64,000 nt of DNA from positions 10,912,001 through 10,976,000 of the forward strand of contig CM120641.1 of the NCBI GenBank assembly GCA_051362555.1, written 5' to 3'. This document shows, in pieces, positions 41,869 to 56,000 of the stretch; within the stretch, counting starts at the first letter, position 1; every line of letters starts with the position of its first letter. Below the pieces are notes generated by a model. That model saw nothing but the letters and a program-made list of their open reading frames with translations. It did not search any database and had not been told where the DNA came from. This stretch comes from Lingula anatina. Its lineage: Eukaryota; Animalia; Brachiopoda. Both the position numbers and the translations under genes were made by a program.

Positions 41869-44800
41869 ATGCAAGTAATTTTTATTCAACTACTCACTAA
41901 ATAAAAACTACTGTGCGTTTTATCTAAAGAATTAAGCTTCGAAAATTAATAAAGAATAACATACACTTTATAAATAGGTCAAACCCAGGTCAAAGCGTGG
42001 ATTTGCATTGCTAAACGAGGTACACAACTCTTCAAGGCTACTCCCGGTCCTTACAGGTGTGCAACTTGTCAACAGGAGCCGTTGCGTTAGAACAGACTAC
42101 TTCACCTTAGCCAATATAAAACATGAGCATACAGTCCGAGGTAATTATTTGTTTATTAGTAATAGTTAGATATTTTGCTCACAATGATAATCTTGCAGCT
42201 GCTGGAAAGCTTACTTTACGCATTTTGCACTTTTTTTCAACCGTTTCTACGTCTTTATTTTTTAAATGATGTTTTGTGCTAGAGTGAATCGTATTGCATA
42301 CATGTATTACTGGTACTTATATTAGTAATGTGCCCTGTAATGGGAATGACAGTATACTCTGTTAACACTCAGGCGAAATTGTAAGTTTTCTAAAGATTGC
42401 AGTATAAAACATTGTAAATGTACATGTTATACAGGTGCATGTAGTTTGATTTTTAGAATTAATATAATAGTGGTTTGACAATTTTATAAAATATGGACTG
42501 AGATATGTCAAATTTTGAAATAATTTAACTCTATATTGATTTAAGCGTTATGTTAATTATAATTAATAACCCTAGAAATATAAAATGCTCTTTCAGTGTA
42601 AATGTTTCTTAATTATTATTAGGTGCAATATTTAGTTTTCTTTTGTCAATGTTTTTTTTTTTAATTATTTAGAGCACTTATTGACATTTTTAATCTTCAA
42701 CTAATTGACTGCAGTCAAAGCAACATATATGCATTTCAGTGCTTTTTTTTTTTTAAATAAAAGTTAAAGCTTTTACGCACAGATATTTTCTGTATCTTGT
42801 AATTATTTGCAAAACGATCTTAACTTCATCTTATCATGGAGAGTAAACAAGGAGCTGAGAAAACTTTGATGTCACTACACCAAAATGGAAAAAAGAAATA
42901 CATGGTTTAACATTGATATGAAACTTATTTGAATTCTGCAGGCAGGGTTTCGCATTGAAGAGGATGCCTTTGGAGAGATATCAGTTCCTAAAAACAAATA
43001 TTATGGAGCAGGAACAGCTAGGTCTATCTATCATTTTGATATTGGAGGAGTCACAGAAAGAATGCCAGTAAGACTTTTATATTTTCATCAAAATGTTCAT
43101 CATTTAACAAAAAATGAATCTAAAATATATAAAGGAAGAAACTTCAATTGAAGGAGGATGTTAATATCTTTAGTTTTGTTTTTCTTACCGAGACTAAGGA
43201 ATTATAAAATAATTTCTTGCCTAGACTTAGAGGTAGATGTAATTAAGACTGTGTGCAACTTCGTGTGCTATTTATAATCTTTTTTTTTTTACCCCAAAAA
43301 CTGATGACACCTAACATCCATTTGTTCAGCTTAGATACTGTAGAATCTAGATGTGAGAAGTCTGGTAATTATACTGTATGTAAAAGTTACTATATTCGTT
43401 TTTAAAATTCATTTTTAGATCCCAATTATACGTGCTTATGCCATTTTAAAGAAAGCAGCTGCTGTTATCAACATGGAATATGGATTGGATCCAAGAGCTT
43501 CTGAGGCAATAGTACAGGCTGCTGAAGAGGTATGGTATCTGCAGTAGGAAGAATTTAAAATATACTGTCAGTTAAGAATATATATAGCTAAGAAAAACTA
43601 CATATTTTGTAGATTTTATCTGCTATGATACCAAAGTGTAGATGGTGAAAGACAAATAAAGAAAGCATGCGATCATGAAATTATATTTAAATGATTTATT
43701 GGAAATTTAAAGATTATTGAATTCTAGTAATGAAGGTCAGAGTTAGGTGAGATCATCATTACTGTTGTTTTTTTTTTTTTTTTTGCTTTATCTCTATTAG
43801 AGCGTTGTATGTCCATTACTGAAAAAAAAAGGCACATGATTACTTAGTCGAGGAAAAGGTTTACTGGAGTATCTATTTCAATGTACAGAGGGATTCCAAA
43901 GAATGTCAGGTACCTAGGCTAGTAAAGCCTTGGCCAAAACCTGCAACTTTCCATAGATGTTGTTTCCATTATCTGCAATTTATGTCTAAACCACCATTAA
44001 TATTAAACAGTTGTGCTAATTAAGTTACAGTCGAGTCCCTGGTCAATTTCAGGATTTTGTACCTTAAATGTCACTTGTGATGTTATCAGAATTATAATTT
44101 TTGCTTTGCATCAAACTTCTTACTGAACTGCATATATACATGAAACTCTATTGAAGATTGAAGATTTTACTAGTGCTAAGTGTGGTGTGTAGTTTTGGGG
44201 TCAACCTGTAAGCTACCAACATGTACTGGAGGAGCTTTGAAGGGCATGTATGTTTTTTCTTCAGTGAATAAACTAAGCTTGTATTCAAGGTCACATATTT
44301 TGATATTGAATGTCCTTGTACCATGCAGACATTCCGTGTTGACCTACTTTGGTGTATGCATTACCTGTCTGTCACTAACAATATGGGCCTTCATGTAATA
44401 TGCAAAGGTTTATTTCAAGTTTTGTGTGCAAAGACATATTTATGTTGAGTGATGCCAACTTGACAGTCTTGAACGGTCTTTTTTATTTTCATGTACATGT
44501 TAGTATTTTTTTAATTTGCTTTGGATTTCAGCATGAATTCATGCATTGCTGAAGACTATTGTTAAAACTGGTATTGTAAAGTTTTGGCATTGAAAAATTT
44601 AATATATTGCCACCAGAGACTTCATCCTAACTTAAATATAACCTGATTTCTATCATTCATATTCCCAATTAAATTACACATTTTGAAAATGATTTATATT
44701 CTTGATTGCTGACTATGTACTGTAGGCATGCAGAATCCCTATGTGGGCCATTGCATCAAAACAGATCATGAGGCAAAATGACTTCAGCTGTTAAATTGAC

Positions 44801-46230
44801 TGATATCTGATGCATGTGGTTATTGATCCTGAAAATTGTTTCCTGAAAATCAAGCTAATTTATTTACCAAATATAGTTGTTAGTAAGAAGTGTTAGTAGT
44901 GAAAAATATTAGTAGTGGGAGTGGTACAGTGATCTTATATATAGTATTTTAATATTTTAATTTTGATACTTAAAAGTGTTAAAATTCATGAAATCCTTCA
45001 GTCATAAGTCTTTTATCAAGTACTGATCCTAACTTATCCTCTCAACTCAAAGTTTTTAAATTAATAGAAATGACTGTATTATGTACTTTTGTTGTGTCCA
45101 TAATTGGGTTTTTTAAAATTTTAGATAATGAATGGCCAGTTGGACGACCACTTTCCACTGGCGATCTGGCAGACGGGGTCAGGCACTCAGACCAATATGA
45201 ACATAAATGAGGTGATCAGCAACAGAGCCATTGAATTGTTGGGTGGTGTGATGGGAAGCAAGACCCCTGTCCATCCCAATGACCACGTCAACATGTGTCA
45301 GGTATCATGTTAGAGGGTGTGTTCACAATAAAACCGTTGTAGTTTGAGTTAACTCCGCGGGGACTCTTGCTGAAAGCAGATCAACAGATTAACTCTTGTT
45401 TCCAACATACTAGTACAGTATAATCACCAGCTTTTCTGTATTCTACTCAACACCAGGAGGTTTGTTAATCTCTAAACCTGATTGCATTCAGCGAGAGTCC
45501 CTTGGAGTTAGACGTACCTAGTAGGATAGTTTCATTGTAAACGCACCCATAGTGGACAGAGAAATAACAACAATAACATATTGCACATAATGGTGGTTTA
45601 ATATATGCACATAATGGTTGTTTAATTTTATATAAACAATCAACTTAAAAGACAAAAGAGTATAGATACATTGTGTCAGTTGCAGAATTTTAACTGGGAT
45701 AGAATTGATACAATGAGGATATATACTTGGTACTCTAATGGGGCATTAATAAATAGCAAATGAAATTCTTCAGCATTTCAGAAAAGAAGTAAATCTTTTA
45801 TTACCGTTTTGATTATAACCAACATTTTCAATACATCTTTTGTGGTTAGACAGGTCAAAGGTACCGTGTGTAATGAAATATCCAAATGCAACTTCTTAAC
45901 ATGGTATCAATACCCATATTATATTATTGTTACATTCTATACTGCATATGTCATTAACTTTGAGTGAGTTTGAATGAACTTCTTGTTTTGAGAAATAGCA
46001 TACAGACTCAGTGACATATTATTATGACATTCAGATAAAGTTATGCAAATAACAATTCACCATTATAGTATATTTTTGTCAAATGAATCTACAGTTTTAA
46101 CTGAAATTTTCAAAGGAATATATTTATCTTTGTATGTAAAAAAACATCAAAATTGTTGTGATGAAGTGTAAGTTCTGTTGATTTAAAAGAAAGTTCGAGA
46201 AATATTTTGAAGTTAATTGCACATAACTCT

Positions 46231-46272
<42 letters not shown>

Positions 46273-46736
46273 ATTTTGAATCAACCCAAAATATGGTTGC
46301 TTTTGATCAAGTGTTCATTAGCTTGGTAGTTGGATCATTAATGATAATTGTAAAGCACACGCTGGAAAGTTTTCATACTGTTACCTTACGGCCAACCTGG
46401 ACATGTGCCTTCATCAGACTGATGTGAGAAGATTTTGTTACTCACTGACTGCTAGGTGGTATAGCAGCCAGAACCCTCTTATAAACGTTGTGGGACCATA
46501 TATAAGGTCAGTTGCCAGTGTTATTTCTTTAACATTGGTGAGACAGGTGGACAGTTGGAAGACCAGGGTTAATGATCGATACACAAGATATCAGTGACTG
46601 TGGGCAATACCAGCTCTCATTTCTGGACATGTAATAGACACTGGCCAAAGTATATTGACTGGAATTCAACCAAGATCCTTAAATCTGAGTCAACCGATTT
46701 CTTTTGGAAGATACGAAAATATCAGCCACCCATGAA

Positions 46737-46767
<31 letters not shown>

Positions 46768-49374
46768 CAATCAACCTAAAATTTATAAGTGGGTCCTGGC
46801 TGCTATACCACCCAGGTCTTGGCCCTCATTACAATACACACTGAATTGTTGAAGTTTAAAACATCATATAGGAATTTGTCTTTGTTTGACTAAACCATCA
46901 TTTTAATAAAAACTGAGCACTGATGCATGGTGCCATTTTTTGTCAAGTTTTTTAAATGAAAAACATTCATGCAGATTCTGTTGTTGCAGAGTTCCAATGA
47001 TACCTTTCCCACTGCCATGCACATTGCAGTTGCCCTAGAGATACACAAGCGTCTCTTGCCGTCAATGCAAGCCCTGTATGATGCACTGAAGCAGAAGTCT
47101 GAAAAGTTCAAAGACATCATTAAGATTGGGAGAACACATTGTCAGGTACTGTTATAGGATTGCATCAACATTGGTCAAATAAAACTAATATTATAGTATA
47201 TTGTCAGTGAAGATAGACATGCAGTATTTTGTTTCTGTAGATTTAAGATATTTACAAATATTTTTTTCAGGATGCTGTACCATTGACTCTTGGCAGTGAA
47301 TTTAGTGGCTATGTCCAGCAGTTAGAATATGGCATTGAAAGGGTAAAAGCTGCTCTGCCACGTGTTTATGAACTCGCAATAGGTAGGTTTTGCATGATCT
47401 AAATAGGCAGCATTTTCCTTAAACCAAATCTACTGTATAGTATACTTTTACAATAATAAATTCTGATATAGGTATGCAAAACAACATGTTGACCAAAAGC
47501 ACAAACCCATAATTAGTATATTATGTAATTTAGTACTTGAATGTTACTATCTTGATAGATGATAGCAAAGTTCCAAGATTGCCGTCTTCTGACATTATTG
47601 TCACTTCTGATTGATAATAATATAGATGGCATGGAATTTCTTTTCTCTTACTGGTCAATTAATAATGGCAGCATCTGTCAGTTTTATGTTTGGTGGTGGT
47701 ATCATTGTTATCAATCTTCAAATTCATGGTTATAAGAACATAATGTTTAAAATTATCTCTGACATATGTTTATAAGTAGTGTTCATCCCTTTACATGTGC
47801 AGTTTCAAGTTAATTCATAAATACTTTTTGTTCAGTTGTTTATTTTAGTTCTTAGCAAAACAATTTCCTGTACTTAAGTTTTATGTGTTTGTTGCTTGTA
47901 TAAATTTTTATCTTATCTTGAATGTTCCACAAAATCTTTTAATCATATAAACAGGGTGCTTTACTGAAAACTCAAAGATTTCATGTTCTTGAAAATCTGC
48001 AACTTTAACATTAAATTTATCACTTTTTACTTTTATTTATTTATGTAAAAAAAAAAGGATGTTGTCATTGCAGGAGGGACAGCTGTTGGTACTGGGTTGA
48101 ACACAGAGGTGGACTTTGGTCCAAGAGTTGTGGAATACATTGCCCAGCAAACAGGTAACGGCTTGATAGATTATAGTTTTTGTGTGTGTGAAAGAGTTAT
48201 AACATCTCAAAACCTGCAACTAAGTTCATCTGGACATCTTGTTTGTTAGTTTCTTTGCCATTTGCGACAATTTTTTTACATTTAAGCAGGTTAGGAACTA
48301 TAAATTTTTATTCTGTTGGCCATGTTTATTGATTTTTATTTTAAAGAGGGGATGGAATCGAGCATTTTCTTAAATTATGTTACAGGGCTGCCATTTGTGC
48401 TAGCCAGAAATAAGTATGAAGCTATTGCAGCCAATGATGCCATGGTGGAATTGAGTGGTGCCTTAAACACAGTGGCCTGTAGTGTGATGAAGGTGGCAAA
48501 TGACATACGGTTTCTTGGTTCTGGACCACGGTCAGGCCTGGGTGAACTGCTTTTACCAGAAAATGAGGCAGGAAGCAGCATAATGCCAGGTTTGTTTTTG
48601 CCGTCATTTTTCTGATATCACAGTCCAAATATTTGTTAACAAGTGATTGATTTTCATAGCAATCAGTTTGTTAGCTATGAGGATATTCTTTGAACAGATT
48701 AAAATAATTATGGCAAAAAACATGAGCAGCAGGAATCAGAGATTAACATAAACTGCTTAGTTGACAACTTTACCTTATCAGTCCAGTTATCAGATGGGCA
48801 ATTTTATGCAATTTGAGACAAGTTCTTGATTACTATAAATCCTCAAACATGGATTACACCCCCCCCCCCCCCCCCCCTTATCTTTAAGAAGAACAAAAAT
48901 GACAGAATGTCATTAGAAATTATATTTATTTTTGCACATTTTTCAGGTAAGGTGAATCCAACTCAGTGTGAGGCAATTACCATGGTGGCAGCACAGGTCA
49001 TGGGGAACAACGTGGCCATCACCATAGGAGGAAGTAATGGCCATTTTGAATTGAATGTCTTCAAGCCTATGATTGTGGCCAATGTTCTTCAGTCCATTCG
49101 GCTTCTGGGTGATGCATGTCTCTCATTCACTAATAATTGTGTGTTTGGTATAGAAGCAAATAAAAAGCGCATTCATCAAAATGTCAGCAACTCTCTTATG
49201 CTGGCAACAGCTCTGAACCCATACATTGGGTATGATAAGGCTGCCTCTATTGCTCAACATGCGCACAAAAGAGGGATCTCACTGAAAGATGCTTCAAATG
49301 AAATGAAACTTGTGACATTAGAGGAATTTGATTCCTGGGTACGACCAGAGAAGATGCTTGGGCCCAACCTGTAA
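41869..49374 (+). CDS. FH: Fumarate hydratase class II, with two predicted N-termini (mitochondrial and cytosolic)
   Basis: Long form: 41869-41874, 41978-42140, 42946-43067. Short form: 42123-42140, 42942-43067. Shared exons: 43419-43529, 45125-45301, 46990-47145, 47271-47382, 48074-48154, 48386-48589, 48947-49374. Motifs [38 protein letters not shown] and GSSIMPGKVNP. Gene identity is secure; the 5' exons are less so. Confidence 0.92.
45315..45548. mobile_element. Tourist/PIF-like MITE
   Basis: TIRs GGGTGTGTTCACAATAAAAC / GTTTCATTGTAAACGCACCC, with internal inverted arms (TAACTCC..GGGACTCT / AGAGTCCC..GGAGTTA). Confidence 0.7.
46452..46815. mobile_element. MITE with ~34-bp TIRs and internal poly-G tract
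   Basis: CTAGGTGGTATAGCAGCCAGAACCCTCTTATAAA / TTTATAAGTGGGTCCTGGCTGCTATACCACCCAG; G-run at 46737-46766. Confidence 0.7.
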
Positions 49375-50044
49375 AACGGTGTGCTGAGACCATCATTTGA
49401 AGTTTGCAATAAATGAATATATTATCAGTTTGGTAGGATACTGCTTTTATTTGATGCCTGTATATGGGTGTGACTTGTGATACTGCTCTTCCTTTGCTTA
49501 ATGGAAACTTGACTAAAATGTCAGATTCTCAAACAATGAGATTTAATCTTTTCAACAGAAAGGTTGATTGAATGTGCAAATGACTTTAGAACTTCTTTAA
49601 AAAAACATTGCCATTTGAATGAATGTATAGTAACAATTTGTCACCAGTGTGTTGGTATATTTTTTTGCCCAAGTCTTTACACTTGTAGACGCACAATGTA
49701 TTAACATACTAGTATATATGCATCTTCAGTACTAACCTGAAAAATAAATGTTGAAAATGTGATTAATTTTTGCCTTAGTTGAACTTTCTTATCATGACTG
49801 ACACATATGAGTCAGTAACCGTCCTTCATAACTAGTTCATGCTCTGTCTTTAAAAATTGTTCATTCCACCCAATCCTTCTTTTTCTCTATGTAATAAGAG
49901 CAATAATGGATTGCAATAGGTCCTCTTCATACACACATCGCGGCACATGGAATATTCAACTGAATTAAGGCTTTCTTCCTCTGGTAAACATTTTACATGG
50001 AATTTGGCATTGAGCATCATAACAATACCTTTTATGTTTTATTG

Positions 50045-53000
50045 CTAGGATGGCATCTTAACTGTGATTGGCTGAAATCAAAAGCAGAAAAAATTATTTC
50101 AATATCTCTGCATACTTTATTTTGTCAAAAAAGGTAAAATTGGTTAGATTTCCTGGAGGTTATTTTCTTACTCTACAAATGTTTGAAGCAAACTTCTTTA
50201 ACTTACCTTATTACAGTATGGACATTCTCCAAATATTGTGTTAAAGCTTTGGCGACTAGAAGGGAGTGCTCGCAACCACTACAAGAAGTAAAAGAACTCA
50301 GAACTCTCACAAACAATTTACTTCTGCAAACTTTAAAATAAACACTTAAGAAAAGCACCCCCATACGTTTCATTACTTTATTTGTAAAAAAAACAAAGCT
50401 CTAAATTATAAAGGGGGGGGGGTGCAGTTTCTACTGTTAGTGGATTATTAATCTACTCTATAAGAATTAATTACTGGGAAAATAAAATTCATTTTGATGT
50501 GAACATAACGGTCATCCCAATTTGTCCAAATTAAAACACCATACAACCACTGAGCCATTAAAATGCACTAGTAAGCCTGGATATTTTGGCTGTTCTTACC
50601 TCGTACAAGCAAGTTTGATGAAAAGGTTGTCCGCAACGCTGGTCATCACAGGCTTTGTCTGGAATCTCCATCTCAAGGCGGTAAGCATAGCAAATCCCAC
50701 ATTCCATGTTAAAGTCCTACATCAAATTTAAGTATTAAACCACTGCGCGTAAAGTTATTTACATTCTTCTGTTTTGATTTACCAATATGTCTCTTACAGT
50801 TATTAAACAGTACCTAATAATTACTGTGCTGGAGCAGATGTGCAAATACTGGGTCTCACCAAACACACTCAAAACTGAGTTCCCAAAAAGCTGATGCAAA
50901 TTTTTGTTAAATGTTTTATGCATACAATTTTGCCATCAAAATTCATTACAAAACAACACAGCTACCTCCTTTTTGGAATTTGCTGGTGAAGGAAACTGGA
51001 CATTGAGCACTCTTTCCAAGTTGTTAAAAATGCTATCCTCTGGATTCCTGGAGGAAAAGCATTATCATAAATCTACTTATTTCAATACATTTTACTACAT
51101 TTCCTTGAAGTATCTGATGTTCTTTAGAAAATAAAGATTTTTACCTTTGAATACATCATACATGTAGCTGTTTTACAACATAATACAGAAATAACTATAC
51201 TATTAGCTGAGGGTCTGAATGCCAACTACGTATGTCAACACTAAGAAACAATGGGGCAAATGAAGTAAGATATCCAGACAAACTATCATTGACAAAAATA
51301 AATACTGAATACTAAGCCCAGAGAACATTATTAAAAAGTCCTGGAAATAAGTATATAAAAATCAAAAGAACAATTCTCCCTGATCTCTATTTGCCATTTT
51401 TACGAAAGTAACATATAAAGAGGAGGTGAGAGGGGACTAACTGCAGTCCTAGGTAGAGGCCACCAGAACACCTCTAGTCTCATTCTCTGAAGAAGGCATC
51501 ATGTGAGACATTGAAATATTGAAGTGGTAAAAACTTTTGATTTTTAGCTGCTGTTAAGAACCCATTATTATAAATTTGACTTCATAACACATGATGAAAT
51601 GGTTTGTTGGGTAAGAATTATAACTATAAATTATAAACACTGAAATAGCTTTCCACACATACCATTCTCCAATTCTACTATTCAGACTGTCTCTCAGTGG
51701 GTTTATCACTGTAAAAGAAAAGGCAAATCAACATCAGTCAAATAAGAATGTTAATTTTTTTACCTTAATTGAATCTTGATAAAAAGTATTCTAAAAATTA
51801 TTTGAATTACTCATTTTCATGATCTGTTCAGAGCCCAAGAAAAATAACAAATGACACATTAATTATATGAACGTTTTACCACTTCACTCCATAATGTATT
51901 ACTGGATTTAATAAAACTCAGGATTAGAACTGGGAAACCCATGTCAATTACATTAACACAAAAGCTAGCCAGAGAACACATTTTATCAGAATTTTAAAGA
52001 GAGTTGGTTTCTTGTTTCATGAGTTACTGAAAATACACATTCTGTTTTATGATCTACCCTAGGATATGCTATACAAATGTGGCATCCTGGACAAACAAAA
52101 TGCCAAACCGAAAACTGAATTTGTCCAGAAAAGGTTTTTTACAATACTATATCCAGAATTCTCCTAAACTGAAGCTTTACGAATGGCAAATTCTGTCTCT
52201 TTACAAAGAAGACGCGATGATCTATGTCATGAAATGTTTGAAAGTATGCATATGGAAGAACATTAACTGAGCCAATTATTTTCAAAAGTGAGAGGACACC
52301 CACATGCCATAAGGCACACTCGGTTGTTATATTCCAAAACTCCAAAAATGCTAGATCTGCAGACTTTTATCCCATGGGCACTCAAACAATTTTGTGTATA
52401 AACTAAGTTGTGTTAAACTTTTTTAGATAAGTTGATTGATATAATATTTCAATCATTCAATTCTTCATTTATGTTTTAGTGGACAATGTTATAATGTGTT
52501 TTACATGCATTTATCACTCTATTAAAGTGCATGTACAATCCAACTTATACTTGCCAGAATAAACATTATCATTATTATTAGTATTAGATAGCTAGTTTGA
52601 TAATGAAATGACACACCATGATCAGCACCAAGGAGCTTGCATTCTGGTGGAAGTCTAGGATTTTTTGGGTCAACTTGAATCTGGACAGAAGAATTATTGC
52701 CTAGAATATGAAACATAAAATGTGCAGATTAGTCATGAAGACCTGTCGCATTATACATAGCAATTAAATAACATGGCTTGCGTCTCTCTCATGGAGACTT
52801 CAATCAGTCAGACTAATGAAATAAAGGTGGACTGCGTCAACAGGGAAGGTACTCCACCTATCCACAACATGGGATTGGGTGACCAAACATTTGACATGCC
52901 CATTATGTAACTTGACTGAGAATAGTTTCTGGACAGAACCATCATTCAGGCCAACATCATTTAAAGACTTTAAAGACTTTATGCATGAAACATTTTTGTT

Positions 53001-56000
53001 ATGTTTTTTCTGAGGGACGAGATGCATTCATGCACTCTGTAAACTTAGAAAGAAGTATACAGACTGGAGAGAGACTATAGCTAAAAACAATATGCAACTG
53101 ATTCTAAATCAAGGTTTAAATTCCTTCAAATTTGGTGAACTTTAATAGAATACTCGAACATTTACACTAACACCCAAACCTAAAGTAGTTATCTTAGGGT
53201 TTTGTTGGGATATAAACAATTCTTTCTATTTATTGCTATTAATCACTAAAAGAACTAAATCAACTTTCAAATACTAGTACCTAAAGCAATCCTTCGCTTA
53301 GACGCCCCTCTGACTGGGTTTTCTGGCTCTAAGATCCATGTTTTACTGTCTATTTCATCAAGCTGATTCCAAAAGTCTTGCAGGGTTTCTAGCATTTTCT
53401 GGAACTGTTTATACAAGAACTGCAGCATCCCAGTCTAAATGTACAAAACAAAAGTATACGTAACTCATCAAATAGTCAACAGCAAGAAGACAAAGAACTT
53501 TTGAAAGTCTTTATATGCAGTACGGAAGTGAAGCTAGAAAGGAGATCATCCGAGCAAGCCTTAAATGAAGCTGTCAGTGGTACACAAAGTCATATGAGAC
53601 TGGAGATGTGTAGGAATTATTATGCAGTGGGGTCCACTTTAACTTTTCAGCAATATGATGAAACGCCACTTACAGGGGAGGTCATCTTATAAAGCAATGC
53701 AAAAGTGATTGTGCAATAGACTGTTATTCTACAGAACTTAAGAGAAAACAACCAGAAAAATATCTGTGGGAAAACTGTGTTGGTTTTTATTTGTTATCAC
53801 ACCACAATCACTATAGTGAGCTGTTATCTATGACCCCACTCTTCTCCAATCTCATTTGAGTTCACACTTGTAAGGCATGATAATTAAGGCCATCTTGGAT
53901 GATTCCCATTGATAATGACAATTAAAAATTAAAACTAGAATAAAAGAATATGCCTTGCCCTAAACAGTCCTTTCAAAGGGCACATCTGCAAGATTATATA
54001 CTTGATAAAGATCTTTTACACCCAAAAAAGTATTTCGTGTTGTGTTAATCATTTGGACAAAACAACAAATCTTATGTTTGGGAAGCAAAAAAGTATTCCA
54101 TTCACCTGACTGGACCAGCTAATGTTAAAAGGGATTGGTAAATCCACTGTGCATATAGGCCTCTCTATTGGATGCTATAAAAAATGAAAAGATAAAGAGT
54201 GTGCCAATGTACACCCTTTTCTCATTAAAATTCAAAGATAGATTTAAAGTGATATTATTTGGAAACCTCTTAAATCACTTTCTTTCTGAACATCACCTTT
54301 ACTATAATACAATTGTTCTTTTCTTTCATGCATTATTTTTTTAATCAAGAATCCTTCTTTTCTGTTTTCACTTCAGTAACCATTTTTAACAAACAGAAAC
54401 CAAACTGTGCTTGCAACAATGTAAAAATGTTATATCTTCAATTAAACAATTTTAAATATTACATTTATTCACTATTAAGATAATGTGTTTATATAATTAC
54501 ATTGTTGTTTCTTGTAATCAAAATTATATTTTCAATTAAATTCAAAATACAGGCATTAATTTTAGTAGCTTACTGTTCACTTAACTGCTGAAAACTGTAC
54601 TATATTAGATCTACATATACCACCTTTTCTTCAGCCAAACGTACAAAATGTACTGTACATGTAAAGCCTAAGGATATGAGTTTGGAACTTGATAAAATGA
54701 AAGTCAGTTCATACTGAACATGTAGGACCCCTCCATCTTGTGTAATAAAACGAATAAACGAAATAACTTGACAAACACAATAACACAAGTTGAATGACAT
54801 TTGGCCAGTTAAGGCTTCAGCAAAACCAACAACAAAGAGAGACACAGTGATCCAAATAAACAAAGATATACATGTCACACTGTCATTGCGATGCTTTGGT
54901 GAGTGGCCACATTTAAGAATTATGCCCCATTCCAGTAACATTATTCATTTGATATTATGGTTTTGTCAGGTGAAACAAATAGGTAAAATAATAAAAAATA
55001 CCTCAGAACTTATATGTATTTTTAAGATATGTTCTCTGCCTCCTTGATCCATAGCCCGTAGATGGAGCTGCTGTAGACTGGTGTCCACATATGATACGCT
55101 AATGAAATAAGATTTTGAAAATAGAAAATCAATAAAGATAAATATTATTATAGGCAAATCATATTCACTGGAATAAAGTAAATAAAAATTGATTCCCTTT
55201 TTTCATTTTTACCTCCGCCAAGGAGGTTATGTTTTTGGTTCTGTTAGTTTGTCTGTCTGTCTGTTAGCATCATTACAGAAAAAGTTATGGACCGATTTTG
55301 ATGAAATTTTCAGGATCTGTCAGAAGTGGGCCAAGGAACAGATGATTAGTTTTTGGTGGTGATACGGATCATTAATCAATCAATAATCAATAATCAAAAA
55401 ACTAAACCATTATAGAATGAAAATTTAGGGGTAAAACAGCATTGGGTGGAGACTATCCTGCCTTGGTGGAGGTCTGTGCTCTCAGAGTGCTTTTCTAGTT
55501 TAGCATGCTCTGAACACATTTTCCAGACCATTTTTACACCTCTGGTGATGAATAACAAAATCCGTTTTAAGCATTTGTATTCAAAGATTATGATTTTTTT
55601 TTCTTCCAAGTAGTGATTATTTCATCAATTTAAACTGAATCTGCACTTCATGAAAATGTCAAAGTTGTTTTAAAGAAAATGCACTTACTTTTTCCAATCC
55701 AGTTCCTCTATTTCTGTGAGTAGTTGTTTGTAATATGATGGTGGAGGAAGCATAATTAGATGCTTTTTTTGGGCCTGACTTTCCTACAATTTAAAATAAG
55801 CACTTATGATTATACTAAGGTACAAAAGTTATCCATTCAGAAGAAAAGGAAGGAACAGTGTAACATGATATCACTTAATCTTGTGTTTACCACTCCTTTC
55901 TGTTTACTAATAAAAGATGTTCAAATAGTGTAATGAATGTTTTTTACAAACGAATGTCCTAAACAACTATAAATTTTGCAAGCTTAATTCAAGCGTGGGC

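Noticed and set aside
46594-46779. ORF ending in poly-Gly
   Set aside because: Translation of a G homopolymer inside a MITE; the run length may also be a sequencing artefact.
49363-49374. Fumarase C-terminal PNL as a peroxisomal PTS1
   Set aside because: Poor match to the SKL-type consensus and no other support.
50039-50047. FANCL stop TAG CAA as a readthrough signal
   Set aside because: A TAA follows after one codon, and the context does not match CARYYA.
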